Notes: a model not told the origin generated them from the letters alone. A stretch of DNA of 64,000 bases from Bacteroidota bacterium (GCA_025359805.1 JANYDU010000029.1:14341-78340); one strand, 5' to 3'. Counted from the stretch's first letter, positions 15,879 through 26,712 are shown. Made by a program: numbers and translations.

Positions 15879-17186
15879 CTAAACTCCAGTATCATGCAAT
15901 GCACTTTCCATAATATATGGATGTTTTGTAGGATACAAATTAGCTTTTGTTAAAGCATTCAGTACAACAAATAAAAATGCTCCAGCAAATAAAGCAAGGA
16001 AACCAATTTCCATGATACCAACTCCTTGTGCAGGTGTATTGATAATACCAGTTGGATTGTGGTCTGTAATTTCTCCAGCAATATTCATTGCTCCTGGCAT
16101 TACCATCAAATACACATCATTCCAATGTCCAATTAACATACATGTTCCTACAAATACACCAATAGTTTTATTACGTTTATAACCTCTCTTCATAAATAAG
16201 AAAAATGGTATTATGAAGTTCATAAATAAATTAAAATAGAAGTAAAATTTATAGCTTCCAAATAATCTTTCTTTGTAGTAAGCAACTTCTTCAGGAATAT
16301 TTGCATACCACATTAACAAGAATTGAGCAACCCACATATACGTCCAAAACACACTAAAGGCGAACATAAATTTACCTAAATCTTGTTGATGTTCATCTGT
16401 TACAATACTCAAATATCCGTTTGAACGCAAATACCATGTTAGTAAATACATAATGGTAATGGCACTTACCCAACCTGTTGCAAAATTATAAATAGTAAAA
16501 ATTGTGGAATACCAATGTGCATCAATACTCATCATCATATCCCATGCGAACATGGAAAATGTAAATCCAAATATGAGTACGAATGCAGCAGAAAGACGGT
16601 ATGATTTATCAAAGAAGGTGGTATCCATTAAACCTGTTGAAAGGTTATCTTCACTAGTTGAATATTTTCTAATTTGAGTAGCACACCAAATCCAAAATCC
16701 CATAAAAATAATAATACGTGCAAAGAAGAAAGGCTTATTTAAATACCAAGTTTTTTTAGCCAATAAGGTATCTGTTTCCATCACACCAGGATGTGCCCAA
16801 TGATATAAAGTAGTTAAACCAATTGCAGTAACAATGAGTAACACAATTGCACCAATTGGCATAAATGTACTCATAGCTTCTGGTATTCTTCTGATCGCCA
16901 CATACCAACCTGCATTAGCTAATTGACTAATAGCAATAAATACCGCAGCACAAGTAGCTATGATAAAAAAGAAATATCCATTAACTAAAATATTGGCGAA
17001 TAATCTTTTAAAAATTAAGTGATGATTTTGTTCGGCCGAAAAACCTTCTACTTCTGGATGATAAGTAAAATAGCCTATCATAGCAAGCAATAAACCTAAA
17101 CCCATTAAGATAAAAGTAAACCTCTTAGCTTTATCGGTAAAAATGAATTTTTCTTCTCTGATTTGAACTTCTGTATGATGTCCCAT
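15879..17186 (-). CDS. actF: Alternative complex III subunit ActF (NrfD-like polytopic membrane protein)
   Basis: Last gene of the act cluster, ~435 aa and multi-TM. I start it at ATG 17186 (MGHHTEV), because the track's 17261 start overlaps actE. Confidence 0.75.
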   Translation of the reverse strand: MGHHTEVQIREEKFIFTDKAKRFTFILMGLGLLLAMIGYFTYHPEVEGFSAEQNHHLIFKRLFANILVNGYFFFIIATCAAVFIAISQLANAGWYVAIRRIPEAMSTFMPIGAIVLLIVTAIGLTTLYHWAHPGVMETDTLLAKKTWYLNKPFFFARIIIFMGFWIWCATQIRKYSTSEDNLSTGLMDTTFFDKSYRLSAAFVLIFGFTFSMFAWDMMMSIDAHWYSTIFTIYNFATGWVSAITIMYLLTWYLRSNGYLSIVTDEHQQDLGKFMFAFSVFWTYMWVAQFLLMWYANIPEEVAYYKERLFGSYKFYFYFNLFMNFIIPFFLFMKRGYKRNKTIGVFVGTCMLIGHWNDVYLMVMPGAMNIAGEITDHNPTGIINTPAQGVGIMEIGFLALFAGAFLFVVLNALTKANLYPTKHPYIMESALHDTGV

Positions 17187-17217
17187 TGAATTAAATATTT
17201 GCTTTATAATGAGTAAA

Positions 17218-17841
17218 TTATTTTTGAGCTGTAGCATTCTCAGCCATAGCTGGGGCAGCAACAGGAGCGCCTTTAAGTGTATTTACAAAATGAATCACTT
17301 GCCAAATTTGGTGAGGACTCAAAACGGTTCCATAAGCACCCATCAAATTTTTTCCATACTTAATTGAGTAAAACATTTTTCCTTCGGGCGTAGTTTTTAT
17401 ACGATCCGAATCGTATGATGGTGGTGGTGGATATTTTCCATCAACAACAATGGTTCCATCAGCTTTTCCATTTTCACCATGACAAGGAGTACAGTTGATA
17501 TTGTATAAACGTTTTCCTTCTGCTAAATTATAAGGAGTTGCTTCAAGAGGATTTTTTAATGAAGCAGCAGCCTCATACCCTTCTGTAGTTTTTGGCAAAT
17601 CATAACTTGCATAATCCATTTGCCCACGTGCAATTGTTCCTTTAACACCTAAACGCATATTCATGCCGTGAGGGTTAATGGTATTGGGTTTATCAGCAAG
17701 CTGAGTCATTGGCTCGTAAGCAAATGAAACATACATGTTTGGTGCATATTCATTTCCTGGATCTTCACCACCTGCTCCACAAGAACTTATTAATAAAGAA
17801 CTTGATGCTAAAATTATAAATGTATGAATATATTTTTTCAT
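17218..17841 (-). CDS. actE: Alternative complex III subunit ActE (monohaem cytochrome c lipoprotein)
   Basis: Lipobox LLISSCG and a single CTPCH haem-binding motif. Positioned between actD and actF. Confidence 0.75.
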   Translation of the reverse strand: MKKYIHTFIILASSSLLISSCGAGGEDPGNEYAPNMYVSFAYEPMTQLADKPNTINPHGMNMRLGVKGTIARGQMDYASYDLPKTTEGYEAAASLKNPLEATPYNLAEGKRLYNINCTPCHGENGKADGTIVVDGKYPPPPSYDSDRIKTTPEGKMFYSIKYGKNLMGAYGTVLSPHQIWQVIHFVNTLKGAPVAAPAMAENATAQK

Positions 17842-18371
17842 ATCTCGTAAATCCTTTCTCTTACTTCTATTGCTCCACCCGAAACAAAAACTTGCTCAAG
17901 TGCTTTAATATCTGTTTTACCATTAATATTTACTGCAATCACAAACAAATCATCTGTAACTCGTAAATCAATAACATCTGTATTTCTTCCCCAAAACATT
18001 TTGTTTACAATAAAAAAACAGGTAACCATTCCAAATGCGGTGAATAAAATACCCAATTCAAAAGTGATTGGAATATAAGTTGGAATATGAAGTGATGGCT
18101 TACCACCGATATTCATTTGCCAATCAAAATATGATGCATAAATCATTAAAGTTAATGCTGATGCAACGCCCAACATGGCAAAGCAGAAAGCGGCTATAGA
18201 AAGTCTCGAACGTTTTACTTTAAGTATTCGATCTAAACCATGAACAGCAAATGGTGTATACACATCTTGCACATCATAACCTCCATTAACTAATTGCTCA
18301 GTTACATCTAAAGTTTTATCGGGATTATCATAAACCCCAAGTAGCATTTTATTATTATCCATGAATTGCAT
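17838..18371 (-). CDS. actD: Alternative complex III subunit ActD (DUF3341-type membrane protein)
   Basis: LLGVYDNPDKTLDVTEQLVNGGYDVQDVYTPFAVHGLD followed by two TM helices. Overlaps actC and actE. Confidence 0.75.
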   Translation of the reverse strand: MQFMDNNKMLLGVYDNPDKTLDVTEQLVNGGYDVQDVYTPFAVHGLDRILKVKRSRLSIAAFCFAMLGVASALTLMIYASYFDWQMNIGGKPSLHIPTYIPITFELGILFTAFGMVTCFFIVNKMFWGRNTDVIDLRVTDDLFVIAVNINGKTDIKALEQVFVSGGAIEVRERIYEI

Positions 18372-19767
18372 CTCCTTTCTTCACGCCTTCTGTTGCATGT
18401 GCGTGTGAATGATCTTCGTGACTATGAGTTGGAATGATTGATTTAATTTCAGCCATATTAATAGTAGGCAAGTATCGAACGAATAAGAAATATAAGGTAA
18501 AAAATAACCCAAATGAACCAATCAAAATAGCAAACTCCGTAATAGTTGGAGTGTACATTGTCCAACTTGATGGTAAGAAATCTCTGTGTAATGAAGTTAC
18601 GATAATTACAAAACGTTCAAACCACATTCCAATGTTTACTATTATTGATAACATAAAAATAAACCAAGGAGTAGAGCGAGCCCATTTAAACCAAAATACT
18701 TGAGGCGCAATTAAGTTACAACTCATCATTGTCCAATATGCCCACCAGTATGGTCCTGTTGCACGATTGATAAATGCATATTGTTCGTATTCAACACCTG
18801 AATAAGCGGCTACAAAAAATTCAGTAATATAAGCCAAACCTACCATTGTACCTGTTAACATTACCACTCTACACATCGCATCTAAGTGACCTGTTGTGAT
18901 GTATTCTTCTTGTTTTAAAACCACACGCCCAACAACTAAAAGTGTTAGCACCATTCCAAATCCTGAAAAAATTGCGCCCGCAACAAAGTAGGGAGGAAAA
19001 ATTGTTGTATGCCATCCTGGTACTAATGATGTAGCAAAATCCATAGATACAATAGAGTGAACAGATAATACGAGTGGGGTAGAAATACCCGCCAATATCA
19101 AACTAATCATTTCATATCGGTGCCAAGTTCTTGTTGACCCATTCCATCCCATTGAAAAAAAGTTGTATGAAAATTTACGGATTTTTGTTGTTGCTCTATC
19201 TCTAATTGTAGCTATATCGGGAATTAAACCTACATACCAAAATACCAATGAAACAGAGAAGTAAGTTGAAATTGCAAATACGTCCCAAACAAGCGGTGAG
19301 TTAAAGTTAACCCATAATGACCCAAATGCGTTTGGTAATGGAATTGGCCAATAAGCCACCCACGGACGCCCCATGTGAGAAAGGATAAATGATGCAGCAC
19401 AAATTACCGCAAAAATTGTCATCGCTTCTGCAGAGCGGTTAATACTCATACGCCATTTTTGACGGAACAATAAAAGCACTGCAGAAATTAATGTACCAGC
19501 ATGACCAATACCTACCCAGAACACGAAGTTGGTAATATCAAAAGCCCACCCTACTGTTTTATTTAAACCCCAAGCCCCAATACCAACTAACATGGTATAA
19601 GTTGTGGCGTAAATCCAAATGGCAAGAACGATTGCGGAAAGCGTGAAGCCTATCCACCATCCTGTTGATGCCTTGTTTTCGAGTGGTCTGCAAATGTCAC
19701 TTGAAACATCTGAGTATGTTTTTCCACCGAGTATTAGTTTTTCTCTTATTGGAGATTCGTACGACAT
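18355..19767 (-). CDS. actC: Alternative complex III subunit ActC (NrfD/PsrC-like quinol-interacting membrane subunit)
   Basis: 470-aa polytopic protein of NrfD type located after actB. Has a His-rich C-terminal tail. Confidence 0.85.
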   Translation of the reverse strand: MSYESPIREKLILGGKTYSDVSSDICRPLENKASTGWWIGFTLSAIVLAIWIYATTYTMLVGIGAWGLNKTVGWAFDITNFVFWVGIGHAGTLISAVLLLFRQKWRMSINRSAEAMTIFAVICAASFILSHMGRPWVAYWPIPLPNAFGSLWVNFNSPLVWDVFAISTYFSVSLVFWYVGLIPDIATIRDRATTKIRKFSYNFFSMGWNGSTRTWHRYEMISLILAGISTPLVLSVHSIVSMDFATSLVPGWHTTIFPPYFVAGAIFSGFGMVLTLLVVGRVVLKQEEYITTGHLDAMCRVVMLTGTMVGLAYITEFFVAAYSGVEYEQYAFINRATGPYWWAYWTMMSCNLIAPQVFWFKWARSTPWFIFMLSIIVNIGMWFERFVIIVTSLHRDFLPSSWTMYTPTITEFAILIGSFGLFFTLYFLFVRYLPTINMAEIKSIIPTHSHEDHSHAHATEGVKKGDAIHG

Positions 19768-19798
19768 GTTTTATTTCCTTTTTCTTGGTTAACTAATA

Positions 19799-22700
19799 TT
19801 ATGAATGATGTTCAGTTTCCATGTGAGCATTTTCTTCTTCATGTTTTTCTTCATGTTTATGCTCTTCGTGATGACCGTGTTTTTTAGGTTTTGATTCACC
19901 TGCAATTACTTCTTCTGTATTTCTGATTTTTGTTAAATAAGTAACTGCCGGTTGAACATTGTATTCTTCCAACATCACATAACTTCTATCATTATTAAAT
20001 AGTTTAGAAATTTCGCTGTTCGCATCATTCATATCACCAAATACAATTGCATTGGAAGGACATGATTGCTGACAGGCAGTTTTAATATCTCCATCTTTTA
20101 CAATTCTACTTTCTAATTTCGCTTTCAATTTTCCTGCTTGAATACGTTGAACACAGAATGAACATTTTTCCATTACTCCGCGTGAACGAACCGTAACATC
20201 AGGATTGATAACCATACGACCTAAATCGTTGTTGAAGTTAAAATCAAACTTGTCGTTTTCACGATATTTAAACCAGTTAAAACGCCTAACTTTATATGGG
20301 CAGTTATTCGCACAATAGCGAGTTCCTACACAACGGTTATAAGCCATGTGGTTTAACCCCTCAGAGCTATGCACTGTTGCTAATACTGGGCAAACAGTTT
20401 CGCAAGGCGCATGCCCACATTGCTGGCACATTACTGGTTGAAATATCACTTTTACATTTTCAAAATCAGTTCCGTTTGCAGCGTTATTGTATTCTTTTTC
20501 TTTGGTTGATTTTTTACCGTCTTTATCTTTAAAGCTATAGTAACGATCAATACGAATCCAGTGCATTTCACGACTATTCAACACTTCTTTTCTTCCTACA
20601 ACAGGAACATTATTTTCTGCATTACAACTAACCACACATGAGCCACAACCTGTACAAGCATTCATGTCAATTGCCATTCCCCATTTATGTCCTTTGCTAT
20701 CACGTTCAGCCCATAATGAAATGATATGTGCATGTTCGTTATTACCTGCTTGTGGATCTTTGATGTATTCTTTTAATGAGGCTTCTCTAATTAACGAACG
20801 CCCTTCAATGGTATGATGTGTTTGTGTTTGTGGTAATTCATAATCATCGCCTGTTTTATCAACCTTAACATCTGCCGATACGTAATTAAAAGTTGTTCCA
20901 GTAAATGATGCCAAAGGATAAACATTTTTACCTACGTATTTTGCAACTTTACCAGTTGATCTTCCATAACCTAAAGCTATAGAAATGGTATTATTTGCTT
21001 GGCCGGGTTGAACCAAAACAGGAACATTTTCTACCATTCCGTTTTTAGTTGCAATCTTTATCACATCACCATCTTTTAAATTAAATTTATCAGCAGTAAC
21101 TTTTCCGATAGTAGCATAATTATCCCAACAAACTTTTGAAATTGGATCGGGTAATTCTTGCAACCAAGGATTGTTTGCATGTGTTCCATCTCCTAAACCA
21201 ACTTTGCTGTATAATGATAATTCAACTTTATCTTTTGATGATGTATATGCTGCATAAGCAGGGTTAACTGCTTCAGTTGGAAGTGCAGACATATTGTATG
21301 TACTTGCAGTTTTTGCAGGAGCAACATAAAATCCATCGTGCAAACTTGTATTCCAAGCGGTTTCAAAAATAACAGCACCTGAAAGAATAGTTGATTTCCA
21401 ATTGTTTTGAATGAATGTATAATAGTCAGTTGAAATATCAGCCCATTTTAAAAAACTATCTTGAGCTTGACGTGTATTAAAAACAGGAGAAATAGTTGGT
21501 TGTGATAACCCAAAATATCCAACTTTAGGTTCTGCATCATTCCATGATTCTAAGTAATGATGAGCAGGTGCGTGGAATTTGCAAAGCACTCCAGTTTCAT
21601 CTAACGATTCAGAAGTGGAAACCGTTAACGCCACTTTCTTTAATCCATCTTCAAATTTCTTTGCATTATAATAACTATATGCAGGATTTGAATTGAAGAA
21701 AATAACTGCGTCAATAGAACCATTGTTCATTTCAGAAACGAATGATTCAAACGCTGCGTCATCAGCTTGATGTTGGTTCGAATAATTATCTAAATCAATA
21801 GTTGTACCTATGTTACCAAGTAAACTATTAATTGCATTAACCAATAATTGATTGTCTAAATTGTTCGAACCTGAAACAACAAGTGAATGTCCTTTTGCTG
21901 CCCATAATTCTTTTGCAGAGTTCTCAATCATATTAACGGCAAACTCAACATTTTGAGCGCCACTCAATACAGGTGCTCCCGCAAGTGATGCAATTTTATT
22001 ATATAAACTGATAAGAGCAACTCCTTCAGCACTTGGCTTAATTGGAATACGTACATCAGCATTTGAACCTGTTAATGAAAGGTTAGATTCAAATTGATAA
22101 TGACGGCTCATTTCTGTTCTGTCATTATTTACTTTACGATTGGTAACCCATTGTTTTGTGTACTCAACAGGTGAGATCCAAGTTCCTAAAAAATCAGCAC
22201 CAAAACTCACAATCACTTTTGCATGATCAAAACGATAGCCAGGAATTACCGCTTTGCCAAAAGCCTTTTTGTTGGCTTCAATCATTGCAGCATTTGAAAC
22301 TGCTTCGTAAGAAATGTGTTTTGTTGATGGATATTTACTTGTAAAACCGGCAATAACTTTTTTTGTTGAAGGACTATTAACGGTTCCTGAAACGATGCGA
22401 ATATTTTTTGATTGAACTAAAGCGTCTTTCACTTTTGCATCAAGCGTATTCCAGTCTAAATCTTTTCCTTCTGCTTTTGGTCCACGTAATCTTTCATTAT
22501 CATACAAACCTAATAAACTTGCATGACCGCTTGCACAAACACCACCTTTAAACAAAGGCGACTCTTCGTTACCTTCAATTTTAATAGGACGACCTTCACG
22601 CGTTTTAACCAATATAGAACAACCTGCCGAGCAAGCTCCACAAGTAGTTGCATAAAAGTTTGGAACTCCTGGTGTAATATTCTCAGGTTTTACTACATAA

Positions 22701-22933
22701 GGAATTACATTTTTTACCGGAGCTTTGTTACAAGCTGCCAATGCTACTGCCGAAATACTAAAACCAAAGTACTTTAAAAAATCACGTCTGTTAGATGACA
22801 ATTCACCATCTTGCTCAGTAAGCACTTCTTCTAAAGGAATTCCTTCGCTGAATTCGTTCTTTTTGTTTTGTAGGAATTTAGGGTCGTTATTTAACTCTTC
22901 TAAACCTTTCCAATATTTGTTTTTATTTTCCAT
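19799..22933 (-). CDS. actB: Alternative complex III subunit ActB (Tat-exported molybdopterin-oxidoreductase-like + 4Fe-4S ferredoxin-like fusion)
   Basis: Tat motif NRRDFLKYFG. Fe-S cysteine clusters CTGCGSCVVSC, CQQCGHAPCETVCP, CVGTRYCANNCP and CSFCVQR. 1044 aa. Confidence 0.85.
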   Translation of the reverse strand: MENKNKYWKGLEELNNDPKFLQNKKNEFSEGIPLEEVLTEQDGELSSNRRDFLKYFGFSISAVALAACNKAPVKNVIPYVVKPENITPGVPNFYATTCGACSAGCSILVKTREGRPIKIEGNEESPLFKGGVCASGHASLLGLYDNERLRGPKAEGKDLDWNTLDAKVKDALVQSKNIRIVSGTVNSPSTKKVIAGFTSKYPSTKHISYEAVSNAAMIEANKKAFGKAVIPGYRFDHAKVIVSFGADFLGTWISPVEYTKQWVTNRKVNNDRTEMSRHYQFESNLSLTGSNADVRIPIKPSAEGVALISLYNKIASLAGAPVLSGAQNVEFAVNMIENSAKELWAAKGHSLVVSGSNNLDNQLLVNAINSLLGNIGTTIDLDNYSNQHQADDAAFESFVSEMNNGSIDAVIFFNSNPAYSYYNAKKFEDGLKKVALTVSTSESLDETGVLCKFHAPAHHYLESWNDAEPKVGYFGLSQPTISPVFNTRQAQDSFLKWADISTDYYTFIQNNWKSTILSGAVIFETAWNTSLHDGFYVAPAKTASTYNMSALPTEAVNPAYAAYTSSKDKVELSLYSKVGLGDGTHANNPWLQELPDPISKVCWDNYATIGKVTADKFNLKDGDVIKIATKNGMVENVPVLVQPGQANNTISIALGYGRSTGKVAKYVGKNVYPLASFTGTTFNYVSADVKVDKTGDDYELPQTQTHHTIEGRSLIREASLKEYIKDPQAGNNEHAHIISLWAERDSKGHKWGMAIDMNACTGCGSCVVSCNAENNVPVVGRKEVLNSREMHWIRIDRYYSFKDKDGKKSTKEKEYNNAANGTDFENVKVIFQPVMCQQCGHAPCETVCPVLATVHSSEGLNHMAYNRCVGTRYCANNCPYKVRRFNWFKYRENDKFDFNFNNDLGRMVINPDVTVRSRGVMEKCSFCVQRIQAGKLKAKLESRIVKDGDIKTACQQSCPSNAIVFGDMNDANSEISKLFNNDRSYVMLEEYNVQPAVTYLTKIRNTEEVIAGESKPKKHGHHEEHKHEEKHEEENAHMETEHHS

Positions 22934-22974
22934 TGAATATGTATTGGATAAAAACTCTAATTAATTTTTATTGA

Positions 22975-24243
22975 TTAATAATGACATTTGCCACATTCCA
23001 AACCACCATTTTGCGCCACCGTAACAAATGGTTTACCATCTTTCTTCATTTCACCATGGAGTTTTTCGTAGTAATCATTATTAGCAACATCTACTTTAGC
23101 TTCTCTGTGGCAATTGATACACCATCCCATTTGTAAACTACGTTGTTGTGAAACCACCTTCATTGTTTCAACTGGACCATGACAAGCTTGGCATTCTACT
23201 TTTCCTATTTTTACGTGTTGAGCGTGATTGAAATAAGCATGATCAGGTAGGTTATGAATACGAATCCATTTAATAGGCTTTTGATTGGTACCATAAGTTC
23301 TGGTTTCAGGATTCCAATCAACAGCGGCATATATTTTTTTAATTTCTGGAGAAATCTCTCCATTGTATTTTTCTTTGGCGGTAACATGCGCATGGCAGTT
23401 CATACAAGTGCTTGCCGATGGAACAGTTGCTTGTTTACTTTTATCAGCACCTGAGTGACAGTATTGACAATTGATTTTATATTTTCCTGCATGTAATTCG
23501 TGAGAGTAATTAATAGGCTGGGTTGGCATGTATCCTTTCTGAACACCCACTTCTTTATTCGCATAATCAAAACCAATAAGTCCTAATACAACAGTAAACA
23601 CAAGCATTACAGCAATAGTTCCTACAACGGGATGCTTTTTAAATAATTTATAACTGATGCTATTTTTATAATTCGCTGCTTTTTCTTTAGCCTCTTCAAT
23701 AGCTTCTTGAGGAAATTTTTGGTTATATAAATCTTCAACTGTTCCTTTTATCTTGAATAAAACAAAAACAATAATAAACAAGATAAGAGCCATTACACTT
23801 AAGGCTATAAATGTGGTATTACTGTAAAAGCCATCTTGTGATTTAGCAGCAGATACGGAACCATTTGTTGCACCAGAAACCGATGCAGTTTGAGGTGCGG
23901 GACCACCACTTTTTACATACTCTAAAATTGATTTAATTTGAACATCTGTTAATGCCTCAAACGATGTCATTACCGATTGGTTATTATCGTTGTAAACTTT
24001 TACAGCTTCTGCATCTCCAGATTTAACCATGGCTTGCGAGTTTTTAACCCATTTAATTGTCCATGCTTCGTTGTGACGTTTGTCAACATCTTTTAGCGCA
24101 GGACCAACAATTTTTTCATTGATGGCATGGCATGATGTACAGTTTGCATTAAATAATTTTTCGCCTTCGGCAACATCAGCAAACGCAAGGTTAACTGATA
24201 GTACGAGGAATGAAAGAAGTGAACTTAGTCTAAAAATTCTCAT
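22975..24243 (-). CDS. actA: Alternative complex III subunit ActA (multihaem cytochrome c; six CxxCH)
   Basis: CTSCH in an N-terminal class-I-like domain, a TM helix, then CQYCH, CMNCH, CQACH, CINCH and CGKCH. Confidence 0.85.
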   Translation of the reverse strand: MRIFRLSSLLSFLVLSVNLAFADVAEGEKLFNANCTSCHAINEKIVGPALKDVDKRHNEAWTIKWVKNSQAMVKSGDAEAVKVYNDNNQSVMTSFEALTDVQIKSILEYVKSGGPAPQTASVSGATNGSVSAAKSQDGFYSNTTFIALSVMALILFIIVFVLFKIKGTVEDLYNQKFPQEAIEEAKEKAANYKNSISYKLFKKHPVVGTIAVMLVFTVVLGLIGFDYANKEVGVQKGYMPTQPINYSHELHAGKYKINCQYCHSGADKSKQATVPSASTCMNCHAHVTAKEKYNGEISPEIKKIYAAVDWNPETRTYGTNQKPIKWIRIHNLPDHAYFNHAQHVKIGKVECQACHGPVETMKVVSQQRSLQMGWCINCHREAKVDVANNDYYEKLHGEMKKDGKPFVTVAQNGGLECGKCHY

Positions 24244-24322
24244 TGTAACAATCTGATTGTTCAGTTATTAAGTAAGGGCTGAGACCTTAGTGCTGTGCCG
24301 TTTCAGCCTTTATTAGCACGGG

Positions 24323-24330
24323 CAAATATA
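24323..24330 (-). promoter_or_regulatory. -7 box TATATTTG (minus strand) upstream of actA
   Basis: Exact TAnnTTTG about 80 nt upstream of ATG 24243. No well-spaced -33 TTTG was seen. Confidence 0.35.
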
Positions 24331-24469
24331 TTCACATTTATGTAAAATAAATACGTGTTAATAAAAAATATAATTTAGACATTTTCTAAACAAAGAAAAG
24401 GCTTACAAAACTTTATTTTAAGATTAGAAAATAAACAATTGGAAAATATTAAAATAAAAATGTGAGCAA

Positions 24470-26440
24470 TTAGTTCATCACACCTTGTTTAATAATGTCG
24501 AGGGAAGAAACTTTTTGAACTTTGTCAAGGGATTCATAAATAGAGTTTTTGCTCACATATTCAGGAACAATTTTTTTCATTGTTAATACAACGTCCAAAT
24601 CATTTTGTTCTTGTGTAATGTTTAAAAGCGTATCTATTTTATGTGATACAATACTAAAATCATAGGTTCTAACCTGACCAATCATAATTTTGGGATGATA
24701 GGTAGGAAGCGTGTTTTCTTGGTCAGCTAAAAGCTCTTCTTCAATTTTTTCTCCAGGTCTTAACCCAGTAAATACAATTTGAATGTCTTGTCCAAGGGTT
24801 AATCCCGAGAGTTGAATCATTTTTTTTGCGAGATCAATAATCTTTGTAGACTTACCCATATCAAAAATGTATATTTCTCCACCTTTTCCCATATTTCCTG
24901 CTTCAAGCACCAGTTGACAAGCCTCGGGAATAGTCATAAAATACCTGGTAATATCTGGATGGGTAACAGTTATTGGTCCGCCATCTTCAATTTGTTTTCT
25001 AAACCTTGGAATCACAGAGCCGCTTGACCCCAAAACATTTCCAAATCTAGTAGTAATAAATTTTGTTTTTCCAGAACCGTCACTTGCGATTTTATTATTG
25101 AGAGATTGAACATAAATTTCGGCAATACGCTTTGATGCCCCCATAACATTCGTAGGGTTTACGGCTTTATCTGTTGATACCATTACAAATTTATCAGTTC
25201 CGTGCATCATTGCCATGTTTGCAATTACTTTCGTTCCGCCAACGTTTACCCTCACGGCTTCGCACGGATTGTCTTCCATTAAAGGCACATGTTTGTATGC
25301 GGCAGCATGGTAAACAATATTTGGTTTGTAGGTACTAAATACTTTATTCATCCTATTGATATCACAGATATCACCAACTATAATTTCTACAAATGTGGAG
25401 TGTGCTATTTTATGATTTTCATTTAAGTAAGCATCCAATTCATACAATCTCACTTCTGATTTATCAACCAAAATTAATTTACTAGGATTAAATTCAATGA
25501 GCTGTTTAACAATTTCCGACCCAATTGATCCTGCGGCACCAGTTACGATAACTGTTTTACCTTTTATTTGATTAGCAACAGCCACCTTATCCAAAACAAT
25601 TGTATCACGTTCTATTAAATCTTCGATACGCACATTTTTAATTTGATTATAGCTCAACTCACCATTAATCCAACGCTCAACTGGAGGAACATTTCTAACT
25701 TTAACATTTAAAGCAAGGCACAATTCAATAATTTCTTGTTTACGAGATTTAGATAAATTTTGAACAGATATAATAAGTTCTTTAACATTAAATTTTCTAA
25801 TGATATTCTCAAAATCTTTAACACCATTATATATGGTTATGCCATCAACATAATTTTTTGATTTACGATTATCATCATCAAAAAATGCAACAACTTTAAT
25901 TTCTCCATTGCGATGTTGTTCTAGTTTTCTTTTTGTAATTAATCCAGCTTCACCTGCTCCAAATATAGCAAACGGGATAGCCTCTGAAGAATCGGTTCGA
26001 TTAATTTGCATATAAAGCACTTTGGTAGCAAACCGAAAAGCACTCATTAAAAATGTACAACCAAAATAATCAATAATAATAATAGAGATGGGAATAAAAA
26101 CTTGTTCATCACCATGCATTTTTGTGTAAACAATATTAATAAGCCCAATAAAAAATGTACTAAACGTAATGGTATATAAAACTCTAATAGCATCTTGCAA
26201 ACTGGTGTGACGAATAATACCTGCATATATTCTAAAGTATATCATAAATGCAAAACGCACAATAACTACAATAGGAAGGGCGTAAAAAATTTCGAAATGA
26301 ACGGCCTCATCTATAAAAAAATTGAAGCGCAACAACGTAGCAAAAACAAATGAAAATGCACAAATAAGTATGTCAATAGATAAAACTACCCATCTTGGTA
26401 TTTTACTGGTTTGGGGAAAGTAAGAGCGTAAAAACTCCAT
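24470..26440 (-). CDS. Membrane-anchored CapD/PglF/WbpM-type nucleotide-sugar 4,6-dehydratase
   Basis: Four N-terminal TM helices, two Rossmann regions (FGAGEAG; VTGAAGSIGSE) and ...VMVSTDKAVNPTNVMGASKRIAE. I start it at ATG 26440 (MEFLRSY). Confidence 0.85.
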   Translation of the reverse strand: MEFLRSYFPQTSKIPRWVVLSIDILICAFSFVFATLLRFNFFIDEAVHFEIFYALPIVVIVRFAFMIYFRIYAGIIRHTSLQDAIRVLYTITFSTFFIGLINIVYTKMHGDEQVFIPISIIIIDYFGCTFLMSAFRFATKVLYMQINRTDSSEAIPFAIFGAGEAGLITKRKLEQHRNGEIKVVAFFDDDNRKSKNYVDGITIYNGVKDFENIIRKFNVKELIISVQNLSKSRKQEIIELCLALNVKVRNVPPVERWINGELSYNQIKNVRIEDLIERDTIVLDKVAVANQIKGKTVIVTGAAGSIGSEIVKQLIEFNPSKLILVDKSEVRLYELDAYLNENHKIAHSTFVEIIVGDICDINRMNKVFSTYKPNIVYHAAAYKHVPLMEDNPCEAVRVNVGGTKVIANMAMMHGTDKFVMVSTDKAVNPTNVMGASKRIAEIYVQSLNNKIASDGSGKTKFITTRFGNVLGSSGSVIPRFRKQIEDGGPITVTHPDITRYFMTIPEACQLVLEAGNMGKGGEIYIFDMGKSTKIIDLAKKMIQLSGLTLGQDIQIVFTGLRPGEKIEEELLADQENTLPTYHPKIMIGQVRTYDFSIVSHKIDTLLNITQEQNDLDVVLTMKKIVPEYVSKNSIYESLDKVQKVSSLDIIKQGVMN

Positions 26441-26463
26441 TTTATTTTTTTGAAATGTGAGCA

Positions 26464-26471
26464 CAAATATA
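26464..26471 (-). promoter_or_regulatory. -7 box TATATTTG (minus strand) upstream of the CapD-like gene
   Basis: Exact TAnnTTTG 23 nt upstream of ATG 26440. It overlaps the track's alternative start, which argues against that start. Confidence 0.35.
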
Positions 26472-26647
26472 AAAAAATATCAACAAAACATACGTAATGT
26501 TATTGGGCTAAGATTTTTTGAATGATCTTGAAATTACAACCGAATAATTTAAACCCCGATTTTTATACGTAAATTCAGGGCTAAATTAATTGATATTATT
26601 TTTTTGTGACCATCGATTATTAAAGTTAAGTCGATTACTCTTATCCA

Positions 26648-26687
26648 TAAAAAAAGGAACAAGAAATAAATCCTGTTCCTTTTTTTA
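26648..26687 (-). terminator. Intrinsic terminator after the aminotransferase gene (hairpin flanked by A/T runs on both sides)
   Basis: AGGAACA (26655-26661) pairs with TGTTCCT (26674-26680), with an A7 run before and a T7 run after. Confidence 0.5.
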
Positions 26688-26712
26688 TTTTTAATACAAT
26701 GTGCCGTAAACT

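Noticed and set aside
17187-17261. N-terminal extension of actF overlapping the end of actE
   Set aside because: It would overlap actE by 44 nt. The internal ATG at 17186 follows the actE stop at a normal distance.
15879-24243. ACIII operon not followed by cytochrome oxidase genes; the extra N-terminal monohaem domain in ActA
   Set aside because: Oxidase genes are not always adjacent. As far as I recall, six-haem ActA proteins are usual in this phylum, so neither point is evidence of novelty.
24244-24322. A structured 5' leader of actA (GGCTGA...TCAGCC and GTGCT...AGCAC pairings)
   Set aside because: The stems are short (5-6 bp), alternative pairings exist, and no known riboswitch-like motif was recognised. 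It is recorded only as a possible leader.
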